Shown piece after piece: positions 36,851 through 50,746 of a DNA stretch of 64,000 nt. Each line of letters opens with the position of its first letter. The stretch's first letter is position 1. The notes under the pieces are model-generated. The model saw only the letters and a program-made list of their open reading frames with translations, was not told where the DNA came from and did not search any database. Both the position numbers and the translations under genes were made by a program. This stretch comes from Octopus sinensis (taxonomy: Eukaryota): positions 155,062,001 through 155,126,000 of the forward strand of contig NC_043000.1 in assembly GCF_006345805.1 (NCBI RefSeq), written 5' to 3'.

Positions 36851-38313
36851 CATTCGATTTTGGTCAATTATTCTATTCTCAGCTTCTTTCTTCAATGATC
36901 TAAAAAGTCACACTATTAAAATAAACAGCTAAGGTGAAATTATTATAAGCACAATTCACATAAAGTAAACTAAATCTATATCTTAGATTAGAACTTAGTG
37001 ATTACATTTTACCTGAGTCTACCTGCACAGCAACTTTGCAGCAAGTTGCTAATCGTACTTATGTCTATTATTCCCAAATTCTCAACGGGAAATTACTTCA
37101 AACACCTGCAACTGCTGACTCTCTAAATGACCAAATACAGTTGCGGCCAAAATGTGCTTTGTTGAAGATTTGAGAATAGTTATCATTAATGATGAATACG
37201 TATTTTATTTTGGATGTTATTTCTGTCAACTTTATCCTGCGCTATTTTCACAAATCTAATTTTAAAAATAACCGACGAATGAATTAACTAAAGATGGCCG
37301 TTTGTTATAGCGTAATGGTCTATGAGTATACGAAAACATTTTTTTCCATCTAATTTTCTTTGCGTTGAACCAATGTGATACAGTCTGAGAGTAGATTCCA
37401 ACTCACACTTCGTGCACTTCACTGACCCATCGTACAGCAATAGTTTGAATAAAACAGAAAATAACCTTGTCACACATAGGCCAATAAAAGTAATCAATAG
37501 GAATCATTAGTGAGAGAACATTAATTATTATAAAATCGCGCGTGTTCAATGCCGACGCTTGAAGATAATTATCATATCCACCGCCAATAGCGCTAGCAGC
37601 AGGACCACCACCATCACCACCACCACCACTATAGCATTGTATTTTTTTCATTTTCATCTTCCTTTGTCTTTCCATCATCGTCAATATCCTCAACATTCAC
37701 AGTCCCAAAATCAACAATCTCAGTCAAGGGAGGTAAATCTTTTACACAGTCATTCGCCATGCTTGAAATAGCAACCAATCTCTTTGAGATGTTACCCAAG
37801 CATGTTCAGAATAAGAAAGGACGTCTTGGGTAATAGGGTATTGGGTACACAGAAAATAAAAAAAAACAATGACAGGTGAATCAATATGGAATGTCTTTCA
37901 ACATGGAATTATTTGATTTGGCCTCACCTGGAGTTAAACAACAACACCATCAACATCATCATCAAAACTCAACGAATCAACGAAAAAGCCTCTACGAGGA
38001 CTTCAACCTGCTGAGAAACAACGGCCGTGTCTTCTTCATATGAACCCTACAATCTTGGAGATATTAGAATGGTCACAGCTCGAACATTTTTAATTATAGG
38101 TGTGTCTGCTTAATCAGAACTGATATAAGGCTGAAGTCAACAATACCACTGCGACAATAGTACAATAACAATCGAAAAGTTAGTGGAGATGTGTGAAACA
38201 CTAAAGGTCTGAACTCCAGAAATTTCTTACTCAAATCTCGTCTAGTATTGACAGTGTTACCTTCACATTCCAACTTACTGCATTAAAAATATCCCTATGA
38301 GTAGTAAACCAGT

Positions 38314-38597
38314 TCCTGGGATGATCTCGCAGCCGAACCAACGAGCTGGAGAGGCTCTCTTCACAAACGACTGCAGACCGGCGAAGAGAATTTGAAGATG
38401 GCGGCAGCTGAAAACCGAGCCCGCAGAAAAAAAATGACAGCCAACAGACCGGATTCAACGTATAGGTGTGACATCTGCAAACGAGACCGCCACTCTCGCA
38501 TCAGTCTCTACAGCCACAGGAGGCGTTGCAAAAACTGAATAGACAACTCAACGGACGGAGACATCATCCATAGTCAGCCACGACCGACGGAGGCCCT
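38314..38597 (+). mobile_element. RTE-clade LINE 3' end with C-terminal zinc finger
   Basis: SWDDLAAEPTSWRGSLHKRLQTGEE..YRCDICKRDRHSRISLYSHRRRCKN*; 3' UTR CCATAGTC..ACCGACGGAGGCC. Confidence 0.8.
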
Positions 38598-39259
38598 AAA
38601 TTATAGTACGCCAGAATCAATCCAAACGTATGTGCTATATCTTTCAAGTCATAAAATACATAACGAAATTACAGAAATCAGTCAATGTTACTAGTACCAA
38701 CGGCAATATTTAAATCAACGACAAAACTTTTACTACAGTGATCTTAGATAGTTATCACTGTTAAGGTTCCGAATTAATATTCAATATTCAAAACCCGTTC
38801 AAATCGGCCTCGATGGAAATTTCGTCTATTCTTTTCTCCACTTTTCCCAAACTCTCACTCTTCCTTTCTTTGTTGTCCTTATGTTAGCTCATCGTATTCG
38901 AGAGTAGCAGTCTTTATTGCAGTCACTGTAGAAGAAGAGTGAGCAGTCGTGTGAAGTGAAGGCCTTCCTGCTTTGTAGCTTAAACTGTTCAGAGTTGATT
39001 TCAACGGTTTTTAGTATTTTTGTTCCTTCTCTAGCACAACAGAATCCGTGATTAATAAACAGCGCTATGTTCTTTCAGTATGTACGGTGAACGAAGATTC
39101 CCTTTTGTGCACATCCATGTTTCCTCAGTAAGGATGGCCTGTTGGACGAGATCTACATTCAAGGTCATCATACCATGGATTTTTGGGGTTCGAATCCACT
39201 AAGTATTTATATTTTTATATTCTCTCAGTCTATTTAGACAAACACGCGTGCACTCACAC

Positions 39260-39306
<47 letters not shown>

Positions 39307-40042
39307 AATATATGTTTGTCCATGCATGTATGTGCGCGCGTGAGTGATGTCTTACAATAAAATAACACGATTTTCTTTAAAAGAAAAAGTAAGAATACAT
39401 GCCTGTTATCGTTTTGTAATTTGTATTTTTCTTACATGTATATATTTATATACATATGATATACATATAGCTGCAAATAAACAATTTGAATACTGCATAA
39501 ATGTACGTTCTACTGACGTAAGAACGAGAAAGTGGTAGCCATAAAAGTGAGTTGCTAAGGCTACCTGTATCATCTAAGGTAATTATAAATCAAATACACA
39601 TTATGATGAAAATATTATATATTATATAATGTTTCGTGTAACCCTAGTGAAACTACAGTGTTATAGTGAAATAAGTGCAAAATAGGTGACAAGAAGAAGC
39701 ATTTGAAGCAAATGATAATGAAAATATTTACAGACACCTTATTTTCTTTGACCTTCGTTTTAAAAATACTTTCGATCGTATCACTGTGTTATTCACAGAA
39801 TGAATACTAGTAGTCCTGAAATTTTTTGCACTTTACAGACTGATAAGTTTGACACGGTCGATATTCAGTTAAAACACCTGTAGATCAGGGTCTGTTCAGG
39901 TGAGAAGCAATTGAGCGAAATGTTTAGTTTGAGATATGGAACATTTTTCTTGTAGGCCGGAAGTGAAGGTCAGCTTGTTCAAAAGGGCAGAAGGTATTGT
40001 AGAGAGGAAAGAAAAAGGAGGAAAAGAGGGAGAGAAAGGGAG

Positions 40043-40090
<48 letters not shown>

Positions 40091-41271
40091 GTCGTGAGTA
40101 TGAACTATTGGACCGGTTGAATCGTGTTGGCGAGAATCTCTTTGATCACTATTTGAATATTATCATTTTGAATGCCACCTAAAATGTTTGTAAGTGTAGC
40201 AGCAGCACCGTTTCATACACTCGTGTGGATTTTAGTTGGTCTTTGTACAGAATCAGCAATTAATCAAGACTGAAATATTTTGCGCCGCCTTTTTCAGTTT
40301 CCGTCCGTCTGCTAAATCCACTCGGAAGGCTTTGGTCGGCCCGAGGCTATAATAGATGGCACTTCCGACCCAAAAGAAAAGAAACTGATGGTATTTTAGT
40401 CCGGTAAGTTTTCATGGAAGAGACGTTCCAGGACTTTGTCAATGTAAAATGTGACAGTATTGCTTTTACCGATGTTCTCAAGGGCTGATCACAACAAGGC
40501 TTACTAGCGTAGATTTCTGGGAGAACAAGTCTCTGATATATCTGTTTTTACGGAAACGTTCTCAAAGATAGATAAAATGACAGTATCTCTGAGTGTCTAT
40601 GTGTGTATGCTAGTGTGTGTATGTGTGTGTGTGAAAGACGTGTGTCAGACGTGTCCATAACATTTCGGGTGCTGATACATCGGTGCTTGGCAAAGATTAT
40701 GGAAATCCATTCTTGACAATGGCGCTTCCATAAACTGGTGTAGAGATGTAAACAATCCCGTGAAGTAAATCCGATCAGTATTTTGAAACCATATTTTGGT
40801 GCATTAGACATTGATCTAAAAAATATTATACTATTACTATGTATATATATATATTTATCCCTCCTCTCTCTTTCTCACACACACCCCACACTTTTTCACT
40901 CATTCACATAGCCACACATATACACACATACAAACACACACAGATACAGTGCGAAGGAGAATGATGATGGCAAAATGTAGGCTGGAATATCGTGTTGGAT
41001 TACCAATGCACCAATACATGTATCATGTAGATCATATCCGTTGCAGCTGCTTCGTCTCTGAGCAACAGAAATCGTTCTACCTGCCTCTAATCTCTTCTAA
41101 CTGTAAGGAGTAGGTAGCTATCTTCTGGGAATGTTGTTTAACATGCATCGGCACCATAATCTGGGCAACATGCATCTCATCAGTTTAATGAGAAACATTC
41201 GTGAGCTAAGCATCTGTTTTAAAAGTTCTTACTGTATATAACGGTATATTATGCATTATGTAATAGCTTAC

Positions 41272-41422
41272 GCAGAGGTGGTACTATAGCAAAGGTGTGG
41301 TACTATAGCAGAGGTGTGGTACTATAGCAGAGGTGACGGTAGCAAAGGTGTGGTACTATAGCAGAGGTGACGGTAGCAAAGGTGTGGTACTATAGCAGAT
41401 GTGACGGTAGCAGAGGTGTGGT
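41272..41422. repeat. Two-unit minisatellite (19-bp and 15-bp units)
   Basis: GCAGAGGTGTGGTACTATA and GCAGAGGTGACGGTA, alternating. Confidence 0.9.
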
Positions 41423-42620
41423 TATTGTAAGGTAGAAATACTATATAATGTAATACAAGCATGTAGGACTATACTTGACGTACAGAGGTCAGATCGGACA
41501 TCTAACAATTGTAGAATAAATGTATGTATGCGGGTATGCCTATTGCAGCCTAGATCCTGATCCGTAATAGTGCACACCCACTTAGTTCTATACTTTAATA
41601 CATAGATCGATTGTAATGAGTACGGAAAATACATTTGGTCAACGTCTTTCATCGATCATTCAGATTTAAGATTGATGGATTGAAAAGAAAATCAGGTTTT
41701 CATTTCAGGTTTCCGAGGAAGATTTGGCTTCTGTACTAAATGCAACGGGTCGATCGACAACATAAAAAAAAACTTCCTCTTTGTTTAGTATATTTTTTTG
41801 TCCATTTTCAGAACTATGATGAAAACCATTCCAGTCGTATTCATTCAGTCTTTTTTGACAGCAAAGAGAGATTTCAAAATCTGGTAGCTGGTAACTTTCA
41901 GCAAAGCGACCAACATGATAGAGACTGATCGCTCGCTTGTCTTAGCTGCTATATATGGCGGCGGCAGTGTTGCTGGAAATGTTTGTAGTAGAGATTTTGT
42001 TGTTTAGCAATAATCTGCTCTCTCACCAGTATTGGTTTATTGGTAGAAAATACTTATGTGTCTGCAGACATAGCATTCGGGGATATTTCAATGACTACAA
42101 TGATTTCAGTTGCTGATATTCATCACAAGACAAGTGAATGAAGCATACCCTTAGGAAACGATATTTAGTTTAAAATCTACAAGATATCGAACAAACGCAC
42201 ACTTATTGAACATTTATAATATTGTTCAAAGGATTGGATTAAAAATCTAGCAATAGAATTTAGCAGTTTTCGACGAAATATGCATATATAAATACAAACA
42301 CATGAATGTGTGTAACGACATGCACAAACACACAGATACACGCACATACACACACACACACACATACATAAATATGTGCGTTCGCATGTGCATACATATA
42401 TACATATGTACATAGTTCTTTCTAACATAATTCAATAAAGTCTTCTCTGACGATCCAGTCCATGGTTAAGCATTCAATTGCATTGAACACGTATTGCAGA
42501 GTGCCGAACGACCAGAGCGGTGAAACGTACGTAGGATCAAATATACAAAAGATTAAGCTTGTGTTTATCCCTCTCTCTCTCTCTCACTTTCTCTCCCTCT
42601 CACACATACATACATACATT

Positions 42621-42666
<46 letters not shown>

Positions 42667-42866
42667 AATCAACTGATGAGAAAGTCAGCTGCGAATCTTC
42701 TTTGCAACGTGTTTTTGTTTCCCTTTTCTGTCCGTAATATTTTGCCCAGTTTTCGTCTACTTTCCTCTTCTCTGTCTAACTTTTGTAATATATATGTAAA
42801 GAAGAGCATCTAAGAGTCCATAAGCCATGGAAAACATGCACTCGTATAGAGTTGGTGTATTACCTA

Positions 42867-42908
<42 letters not shown>

Positions 42909-42936
42909 ATATACATACATACATATATATTCAAAA

Positions 42937-43095
42937 TGTGACCGCGTGTGTACCGTTGGCGATTTTTTTCCTCCGTCTTCCCTTCTTTGGATCTTTCCTT
43001 TTCCTATGTTTCTGAGCGTCCAATATTACTATACTTGTTCCACGTCCTCGCGTTGTTGTGTTTTCTCTTTCTGTTTTCATGTTTCGATTAACCTT
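42937..43095 (+). mobile_element. Penelope-like-derived repeat, copy 2, lacking the hammerhead
   Basis: Aligns to 2395-2600 except for a 49-nt deletion at CTGA (43012-43015). Confidence 0.7.
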
Positions 43096-43196
43096 ATATA
43101 TATATATATATATATTATACATATATATATACATACATATATATACATATATATATACATATATATACAGATATATACATATATATATATACATAC

Positions 43197-43239
<43 letters not shown>

Positions 43240-43467
43240 GATATATACATATGTATACATAAGGATAGACATAAATATACACATATATAGGCGCATACAC
43301 ACACGCATAAACGCGCGCGTGCGCTCTCCTTTCTCTCTCCACACACACACACACACACACACACATATAGATATTTATGCATGAATATGTGTAAATATAC
43401 ACTATAGAGATAAAACTATTTTGAAAATGCTATATACACTGTCACTTCTGAAATTGTTTCCATACAG

Positions 43468-43518
<51 letters not shown>

Positions 43519-43624
43519 TACATACATACATACATACGTTCAAACACACACACATAGTGCACACACACACACACATATATGTATGTATCTGTGCATTCAT
43601 AAAAATACGTTTTATATATGCGTA

Positions 43625-44013
43625 TACTCTTTTACTTGTTTCAGTCATTTGACTGCGGCCATGCTGGAGCACCGCCTTTAATCGAGCAACTCGACCCCGG
43701 GACTTATTCTTTTGTAAGCCCAGTACTTATTCTATCGGTCTATTTTGACGAACCGCTAAGTAACGGGGACATAAACACACCAGCATCGGTTGTCAAGCAA
43801 TGCTAGGGGGACAAACACACTCACACAAACACACACACGCATATATATATATATACATATATACGACGGGCTTCTTTCAGTTTCCGTCTACCAAATCCAC
43901 TCACAAGGCTTTGGTCGGCCCGAGGCTATAGTAGAAGACATTTGCCCAAGGTGCCACGCAGTGGGACTGAACCCGGAACCATGTGGCTGGTAAACTAGCT
44001 ACTTACCACACAG
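43625..44013 (-). mobile_element. SINE-A, near full length
   Basis: Same structure; first ~12 nt of the head missing. Confidence 0.9.
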
Positions 44014-44354
44014 TACGCAACTGTGTGTGCAAACGTACATTCATTACACATAGCACATCTGTTGACGAGCTGGTCATCAATGTTTAGCATTTAAGAATAG
44101 TGCAGAAAGAACTAACAGAAACCCCCCTCATCTGCTCTTCTTTACACCGTTCTCCCACGGAAACAATAGAGCTATCGATTGTCCCGCCTTTGCTGGTACG
44201 AAAGATAGACATAAATGTTATTAGAACTTACAATGAAGTTCATTTATTGCTGGGATATCGAATACTTAAAGAATGCATTCGTGTGTACGCGCACCTGCAA
44301 ACTGGCTGACACATACTTCTGTAGTTAGGTACAATGCAACTCTATGAACACACA

Positions 44355-44394
<40 letters not shown>

Positions 44395-44974
44395 TATTGA
44401 TATTAAAATATACATATCGATGTTATAATGTGTCTTTTAATGAACAGAAAATTGTGCTTCTATACGTATATTCCGTATTCACATACGTGTGTGTTTGTGC
44501 CAGTGTGTGTTTATGTGTGTGTGTGTGTGTGTGTTTGTGTTAGCAGAACTCATATTCAGCCATATGCATTTCCAACTTGGTAATAATATTCTGTCAAAAG
44601 AGTCTTCTCACCTGGTCAGTGACCAGTTAAATTCAGTGAAACTAACACTTAAATCTCAAGTAAAACCACGTATGTACGCAAACATACATAAATGTATCCA
44701 ACCATCAATCCATCCATATACACATACAAATATACTTATATACATAAATGCATATGATGTTTTGTTTTTTTTTACTGAAGAAAATTTTGACCGCAAAAAA
44801 TATTTCTTATATCAATATAACTCTGTTCCCTTGAACGACATTTAACTCTTAATAGCTCACCACATATTTCTCAATAAATTCATCAATGTAATTTACGAAG
44901 GCTACGTACATTTAGCGAATGTATTCATAGCCTGTAGCGTTTAGCTTGAAAGGAAATGACCACCGTAAGTGCCC

Positions 44975-45785
44975 TTATTATTGGCAGAATCATTCGACCA
45001 TCGGATATAATGTCTCACGGTATTTAGCTACGGCTTTTTATGTCCTGAGTTCACATTCTACTGCGGTCAACCTTACCTTTCACCTCCGGCTTTGGTGGGA
45101 CTGGCTTGCACTTTCCGCCTAATTTCTGACTCTGCGCTTATGTTAGAAATGATTATTATTAAAGATATAGAAAGGCGTTGAATTGGCAGAATTTGCGGAA
45201 TGTCAAACCCATCACTTTGAAGTATTCCCATACATAACCTTGCAATTTGAGTTCAAATCCTTTCGAAGATGGTTTTGCTTTTCATGTTTCCTGAGTCCGT
45301 TAATAATTAGAATTTAAATACTGGAGTTGATCTACTCGAATTTACTCTTCTCCTGACTGTCTATGTTAGAAATAATTATTATCTAAGTCAGTATTCGATA
45401 TATCAGGGTTAATGTCACAAATGGTATATAGTAATACGGAAGACAATACAGGAATAGATACTCGTCATGTATTGATATTTGATTCAACGGACTTTACTCA
45501 GTGACCTACAGGATTTGGTATTTTATCTAATCAAAATAAATCAATATTATATATATTTTAAAAAGCAGTGAATTGGCAGAAATGGCACATCCACAAACTA
45601 AATGAATTACAATATTTAAGCTTTGTCTTTTGCTGTCTGAATGCTAACCCCACTGGGTTCGATTATGTCTTTCATCATTTCTGGCTCAATAAAATAAGTA
45701 TCCTTAATATACTTGGATCGATTCAATCGAATACACTTCCCCTGCTTCAAAAATTGGCCTTGTGCCTGAGAAAGAAATCAATATT
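44975..45785 (+). mobile_element. Three old SINE-C-like copies in the same orientation
   Basis: Repeated TTGGCAGAA..GAGTTCA(C/A)AT..CTTT(T)CA..TGTTAGAAAT or TGTGCC..AGAAA motifs at about 44975, 45172 and 45562. Confidence 0.5.
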
Positions 45786-45960
45786 ATATATAATAGATAT
45801 TTTCTGTTACATTGTCTGTGCATTATCTGGTAAGCGTACCAATAATAATGATTGATATCTCGTCGCATAATCATTTTTGATGAGATGTGTAGTCAGTTGA
45901 ATCAGGTTCATCATTTATAATGTGTTTCATTTGATCGATCCAGACGATATGAAGTATAAA

Positions 45961-46115
45961 TTTGACATCGGAACCCCGATAAAACTAAATATTGAAAGTA
46001 ATTTAGGAATTCGTGGAAAAAGACAACTTTAAAAACTAGGATGGTAAAAATGACAGTTTGGAATCAAAACCAGGTTGAGAATTGAATCGTGATATCCTGT
46101 ATTACATTATACGTA
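45961..46115. repeat. Unclassified interspersed repeat shared with 53749-53995
   Basis: CGGAACCCCGATAAAACTA(A/G)ATATT(G/A)AAAGTAATTTAGGAATTC..TTTGGAATC..GAGAATTG occurs twice. Confidence 0.7.
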
Positions 46116-46898
46116 GGACATGATTAGTTAATAAATTCTTTCATCTTTTTAGTTCTCCCGATAATTGGCACCGTTTCATGCAAGTCAAGAAACCACGTGG
46201 AGGCTTTCTCATTCACTCGCCTTGTACTATAGTGAACAGATTTATAATCAAAGGCACTCTAGTATCGATATTTCTTTTAGATATAGTACATCTAGGTCTA
46301 CATTATCCACTGGGTTCTTTTCCTTTAAAAAAAGATGATAGGGCGTAATTTAAGAAAATCTGGTTATGTCCAACTCAACAAGCGTTTTCGTGAAGGCTTC
46401 TCCGTTGAAACATCTAATGCTGTATTATTTACTAGTGCTGTTAATTTTATTGAATTAAGTAACCTTAAGCAACTATGATTAAGTAAACCATTTACCATAG
46501 TGGTTCACTATTGAGCGTGTGACTAATATTCAGGCTTAATTACAAGGTTTCACACTACTATACGATCCTTGAGCAGAGTTCACCCTGTTGCAAGTATTTC
46601 ATCCAGATAGCCATTGCCTTTCTCCTGTTTTTCCAACCGTCCGGAGGATCCTAAAAATAGGGTAATTTATTGCTTGATTTAACGATAAATCAAAGCACTT
46701 CTGAAAATATGTAGAAACCATATACTTGTCATATTATTTTGGATATAAATTTTGTGTATGTTAGGTGTCTTAGCCTTGTTATTTAATCTTTAATTTAGAC
46801 CTACTAAATTAATTAAGGCGATCGGTTCCTAGAAATATTTGAGCGTTAGACAATGTGTCTTGCAATATTTATTATGTTTTTCTACTCATTATGTTCTG

Positions 46899-47107
46899 AT
46901 TCTTTTATTCTTTTATGTGTTTCAGTCATCTGAGTGTGGCCATACTGGAGCGCCGCCTTTAGTCGAACAAACCGACCCCAGGACTTATTCTTTGGAAGCC
47001 TAGTATTATTCTATCGAACTCTTTTGCCGAACCTCTAATTACAGAGATGTAAACTCACCAACATCGGTTGTCAAACGATGGTGGGAGGACAAACTCAAAC
47101 ACACACA
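46899..47107 (-). mobile_element. SINE-A, diverged 3' half
   Basis: TTTCAGTCAT..GGAGCGCCGCCTTTAGTCGAA..CATCGGTTGTCAA. Confidence 0.8.
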
Positions 47108-47109
47108 AG

Positions 47110-47900
47110 AAGATCCACGTTCTATATGGTTCAAACATCGATGGATGTCAGCTGAACAGTCTGTTCTAGAAGACTTTTAGCCTGGATACCATGGATAACT
47201 TACAGAAATTCCTGGCCTAATAATACTACAAAGGAGCACTGTCGGCTCCGGGTACACTCTGCAGGGAGTGCAACTCGACAAGGCGCAAAATGACGAAACT
47301 ACTTTGCGTGTATCCGTTCAGGAACCAAGCATTTCTAACTCACAGAATTATGTGGAGTAGTTATTGCTTTGAATAGGACGAACCCAGCTGTCGGCGGAGT
47401 TCATTATCAGGATTGCCCCAGGGACTTCTTTTAATCAGGAGGAGTAGACGCATGCGCTTACCTAATGGCTATAAAAAATGATTTTGTATGGTGGAAAACA
47501 TTAAAAGCGTTGGTTAAAGGACTCGAGTCCGTTCCAAGTTCCTCTCGAGGTATCTGGTAGTGCAGTGATTTTGCTGAAAGACAGGAGAATTGTGGGAACG
47601 ATCCACATAAATAGGTTTATTGTCAGCATCATGTCTGTATGTAGGAGACGTTAAGTGGGAAAGAGCATTTGATCTAAGAAATCGGTAGCATTTGGGGTTC
47701 TCTGGAGTTCTTTGACGGGCGCTAGGTAACTGTCCACGTATTGGGAGATTTTATTTTATATTCTTTTTGTAGACTTATATTTCTAATGATTGTTCTTTTT
47801 CCATGATCAAATCTGCATAAATTCCCAACGTTTTGTCCTCGTAGTGTCCTTCTAATGTTCTTTTTATCATCTCCCTCGTGGCAAATAAAAACTCATTGTA
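47110..47900 (-). mobile_element. Possible decayed Penelope-like element (RT end and GIY-YIG)
   Basis: Minus-strand fragments FLD..LHTD and C..C..Y resemble Penelope motifs; heavily degraded. Confidence 0.35.
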
Positions 47901-48329
47901 ATTATTATCATTAAATTTGTTTTTACTCTTGTTGTTATCGCTATGGTATTACTCCTGATATTATTAAACTAGTGTTGCTGCTGTTACTGTTGCTGTTGTA
48001 GCTATTGTTTATTGTACCACTGAGTATTTATGCTTGCTGCTGCAGTTGATGATTGTTTTAATATTGCCATTAATGTACGTTCATGTTGTTGTAGTTACTG
48101 TTGCATTTTTGTCTCGCCATTGCTTGCCATACCAGTTGCTGCTGCTGCTGCTGCTAATGCTGCTACCACCAAACGAATTCGTTATTGTTGTTGCTACTGC
48201 TTCATCTGCTGCTGCTGCTGCTGCAGCTGCTGATATCGATGCCCCTGTTGCTGTTTATATTGTTGTTGTTGTTGTAGACTAGAAGCTGTTTTTCCATCAA
48301 TGAAATGAGATGTTCTACGCTTCACCCCT

Positions 48330-48374
<45 letters not shown>

Positions 48375-48623
48375 CCAATTACAGTGGATTTTGTTCCGTC
48401 ACGCTCCATTGTCATGCAAACAGTGTTTGCAGCCATAGTGATGGATGAATAACATATGACTGGTTCGATCCTAACAGTTTTCTTTTCCTTCTTTAATTGT
48501 TTCCCCCCCCCTCAGCTGGTTGTTGTGTTTCCTTTACTGGCACATAGCATCTGTTTATCATGGTCATATACGATGGTGTTGTGGTGACTTGTATGTATAT
48601 ATGTATATGTATGTTTGTATATG

Positions 48624-48654
<31 letters not shown>

Positions 48655-48993
48655 GTAGACATATATGTATATACATACATACAAAGAGAGAGAGAGATAC
48701 AAATAGAGATAGAAAGAGAGAGAGAGAGCGAAAGGTGTATATATATATATATATATATATTATATATCATATCTATATATATGTGTGTGTGTATGTATAT
48801 ATATGCGTATATGTATGTATATATACTATATATGCATGTATAATAATAAATATATATATATATGTATACATGTATATACACATATATAGCATGTATATAT
48901 ATAAAAATATATATTATATATATGCATGTTATATATATAAATATATATATAATAATATAATATATATATAATATATAATATATATATTATATA

Positions 48994-49025
<32 letters not shown>

Positions 49026-49904
49026 ATGTCTAGATGTACGTGTTGTATTTGTGTGCATGTGAGCGTTTAGCAATCAATTCAGGCAGTAAACGTAGTTTTA
49101 CATCGCTTCAGTGCAGCTGGGATTGGTATAATATAATATGGGAATGTTACTTTAGGTAGACTGACGTCGTCTCCTGGGGGAGAGATTTATCTTTCATCCG
49201 CTCAACACATATGAAATCCCGTACTAAGTACTGGCCCTTAAGAGCCCTTTGAGGCTTCTTAAAGGCATTAATATTTTATCTGCTCAGCGATGTGTATGAA
49301 TATTGTTGTACATGCGCATATATTCGTATGTATGCGTATGTGTTTTTTCTGCTAAGCGCCTTTTGTGTGCACATACATATACGCACACATATTTACTCAT
49401 ACATATACATTGGTATAACTGTACGCATCTGTTTACATTTCTCTATTCTTATTTCAATATATCAGGGCGTATGTTAATGTGTACTTGCATATATTATGTC
49501 AAGTCGCTATAGATATGTATGTAAATTTGTTTAAATATGTATAAATGGATATGGGTGAATGTAAATTCGTGTATATGTAAATACATTTGTGTATATACAT
49601 ATCCAGCTCTGCGTATCTCAATGTTTGGTGGATTTGTGATGTATTAAGTGTGTACCTGCGACTGTAGCGATGTGTGGCGAGAGTTCTGCACTATGTGTGT
49701 ATATGAGAGCTTGAATATAGCTGTACTTTTCATTAATAAATGAGTGAAGATTTGTAAGAATATAAATACATACACGCGGGCATGCACGCACATACACACA
49801 CACACATACACGTATTTAACTTTTGTATTTGGCGTAAAGACTCTCGCAAGACGACAACGACAACAACATCAACACACATACACATCATTCCCGCAAGACA
49901 GAGA

Positions 49905-50405
49905 ATGTAACATTGCCACCTTATATAAGAACTAAGGGGGCAAAAGAGACTGCAATAATTACTAAGGCATCTCGCTGTTAAGCATGGTTGGGGAGGTCTT
50001 TGACCGCATGGTCCTAAACAGTCTACAGAAAATCGCTGAGAGGGTATACGCCGAATCTCAGAGCGGTTTCAGATCAGAATGCTCCATACTCGACACGATC
50101 CCCTCTCCTCGACAGCTACAGGCGAAGTACCGAGAGCAACGTCAACCACTCTTTATCACCTTCATCGAACTCACAAGGTCTTTTGAATTAATCAGTACAA
50201 ATATAAAATTGGCTGTCCTCCAAGACTTCTCAGGATTGTCCAATCATTTCACGCGCACATGAAAGCGTCGTTCAATTTGATGGCTCTTCGGAGACATTGA
50301 ACATACATAGCAGCGGAAATCAGGGCTCTGTGCTTGCTCCCCACCCCCACTCTTTGGCATCTTTTTTGCAGTCATACTGAAACATGCATTTGGGACATTA
50401 ACTGA
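49905..50405 (+). mobile_element. RTE-clade reverse transcriptase fragment
   Basis: LYKN.GAKRDCNNY*GISLLS..ESQSGFRSECS..EQRQPLF..GCPPRLL..HAHM..QGSVLAP.LFGIFF. Confidence 0.85.
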
Positions 50406-50415
50406 TGTTTTTTTT

Positions 50416-50665
50416 ACCGCTAAGTTAGGGCGAAGTAAACACACCCACGCCGGGTGTCAAGCGGTGGAGTAGGGACAGACAGACATAAACACACACACAC
50501 ACAATATATATATATATATATATATACACGGCGGTCTTCTTTCATTTCCCGTCTAAAAAATTTACTCAAGGCTTTCAGAGGAGACTCCTGCTCAAGATGC
50601 CACGCAGTTGAGCTGAAGTCGGAACCATTCTGTTGAGAAGCAAGTTTCTTACCACACAGCCACGC
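50416..50665 (-). mobile_element. SINE-A, diverged, 3'-truncated
   Basis: ACCACACAGCCAC head; AGATGCCACGCAG; TGTCAAGC. Confidence 0.75.
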
Positions 50666-50746
50666 TGTGTATATATGAATGTATATGTATAAATGTAAAG
50701 GAATGAGTGTGTGTATGTGTGCTCACGTTGTGTATATATGTATATA

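Noticed and set aside
41790-41890. Plus-strand exon after a pyrimidine tract and CAG
   Set aside because: Weak donor and no recognisable peptide.
42673-42697. CTGATGAG..GCGAAT hammerhead-like string
   Set aside because: GAAT instead of GAAA and no stem II.
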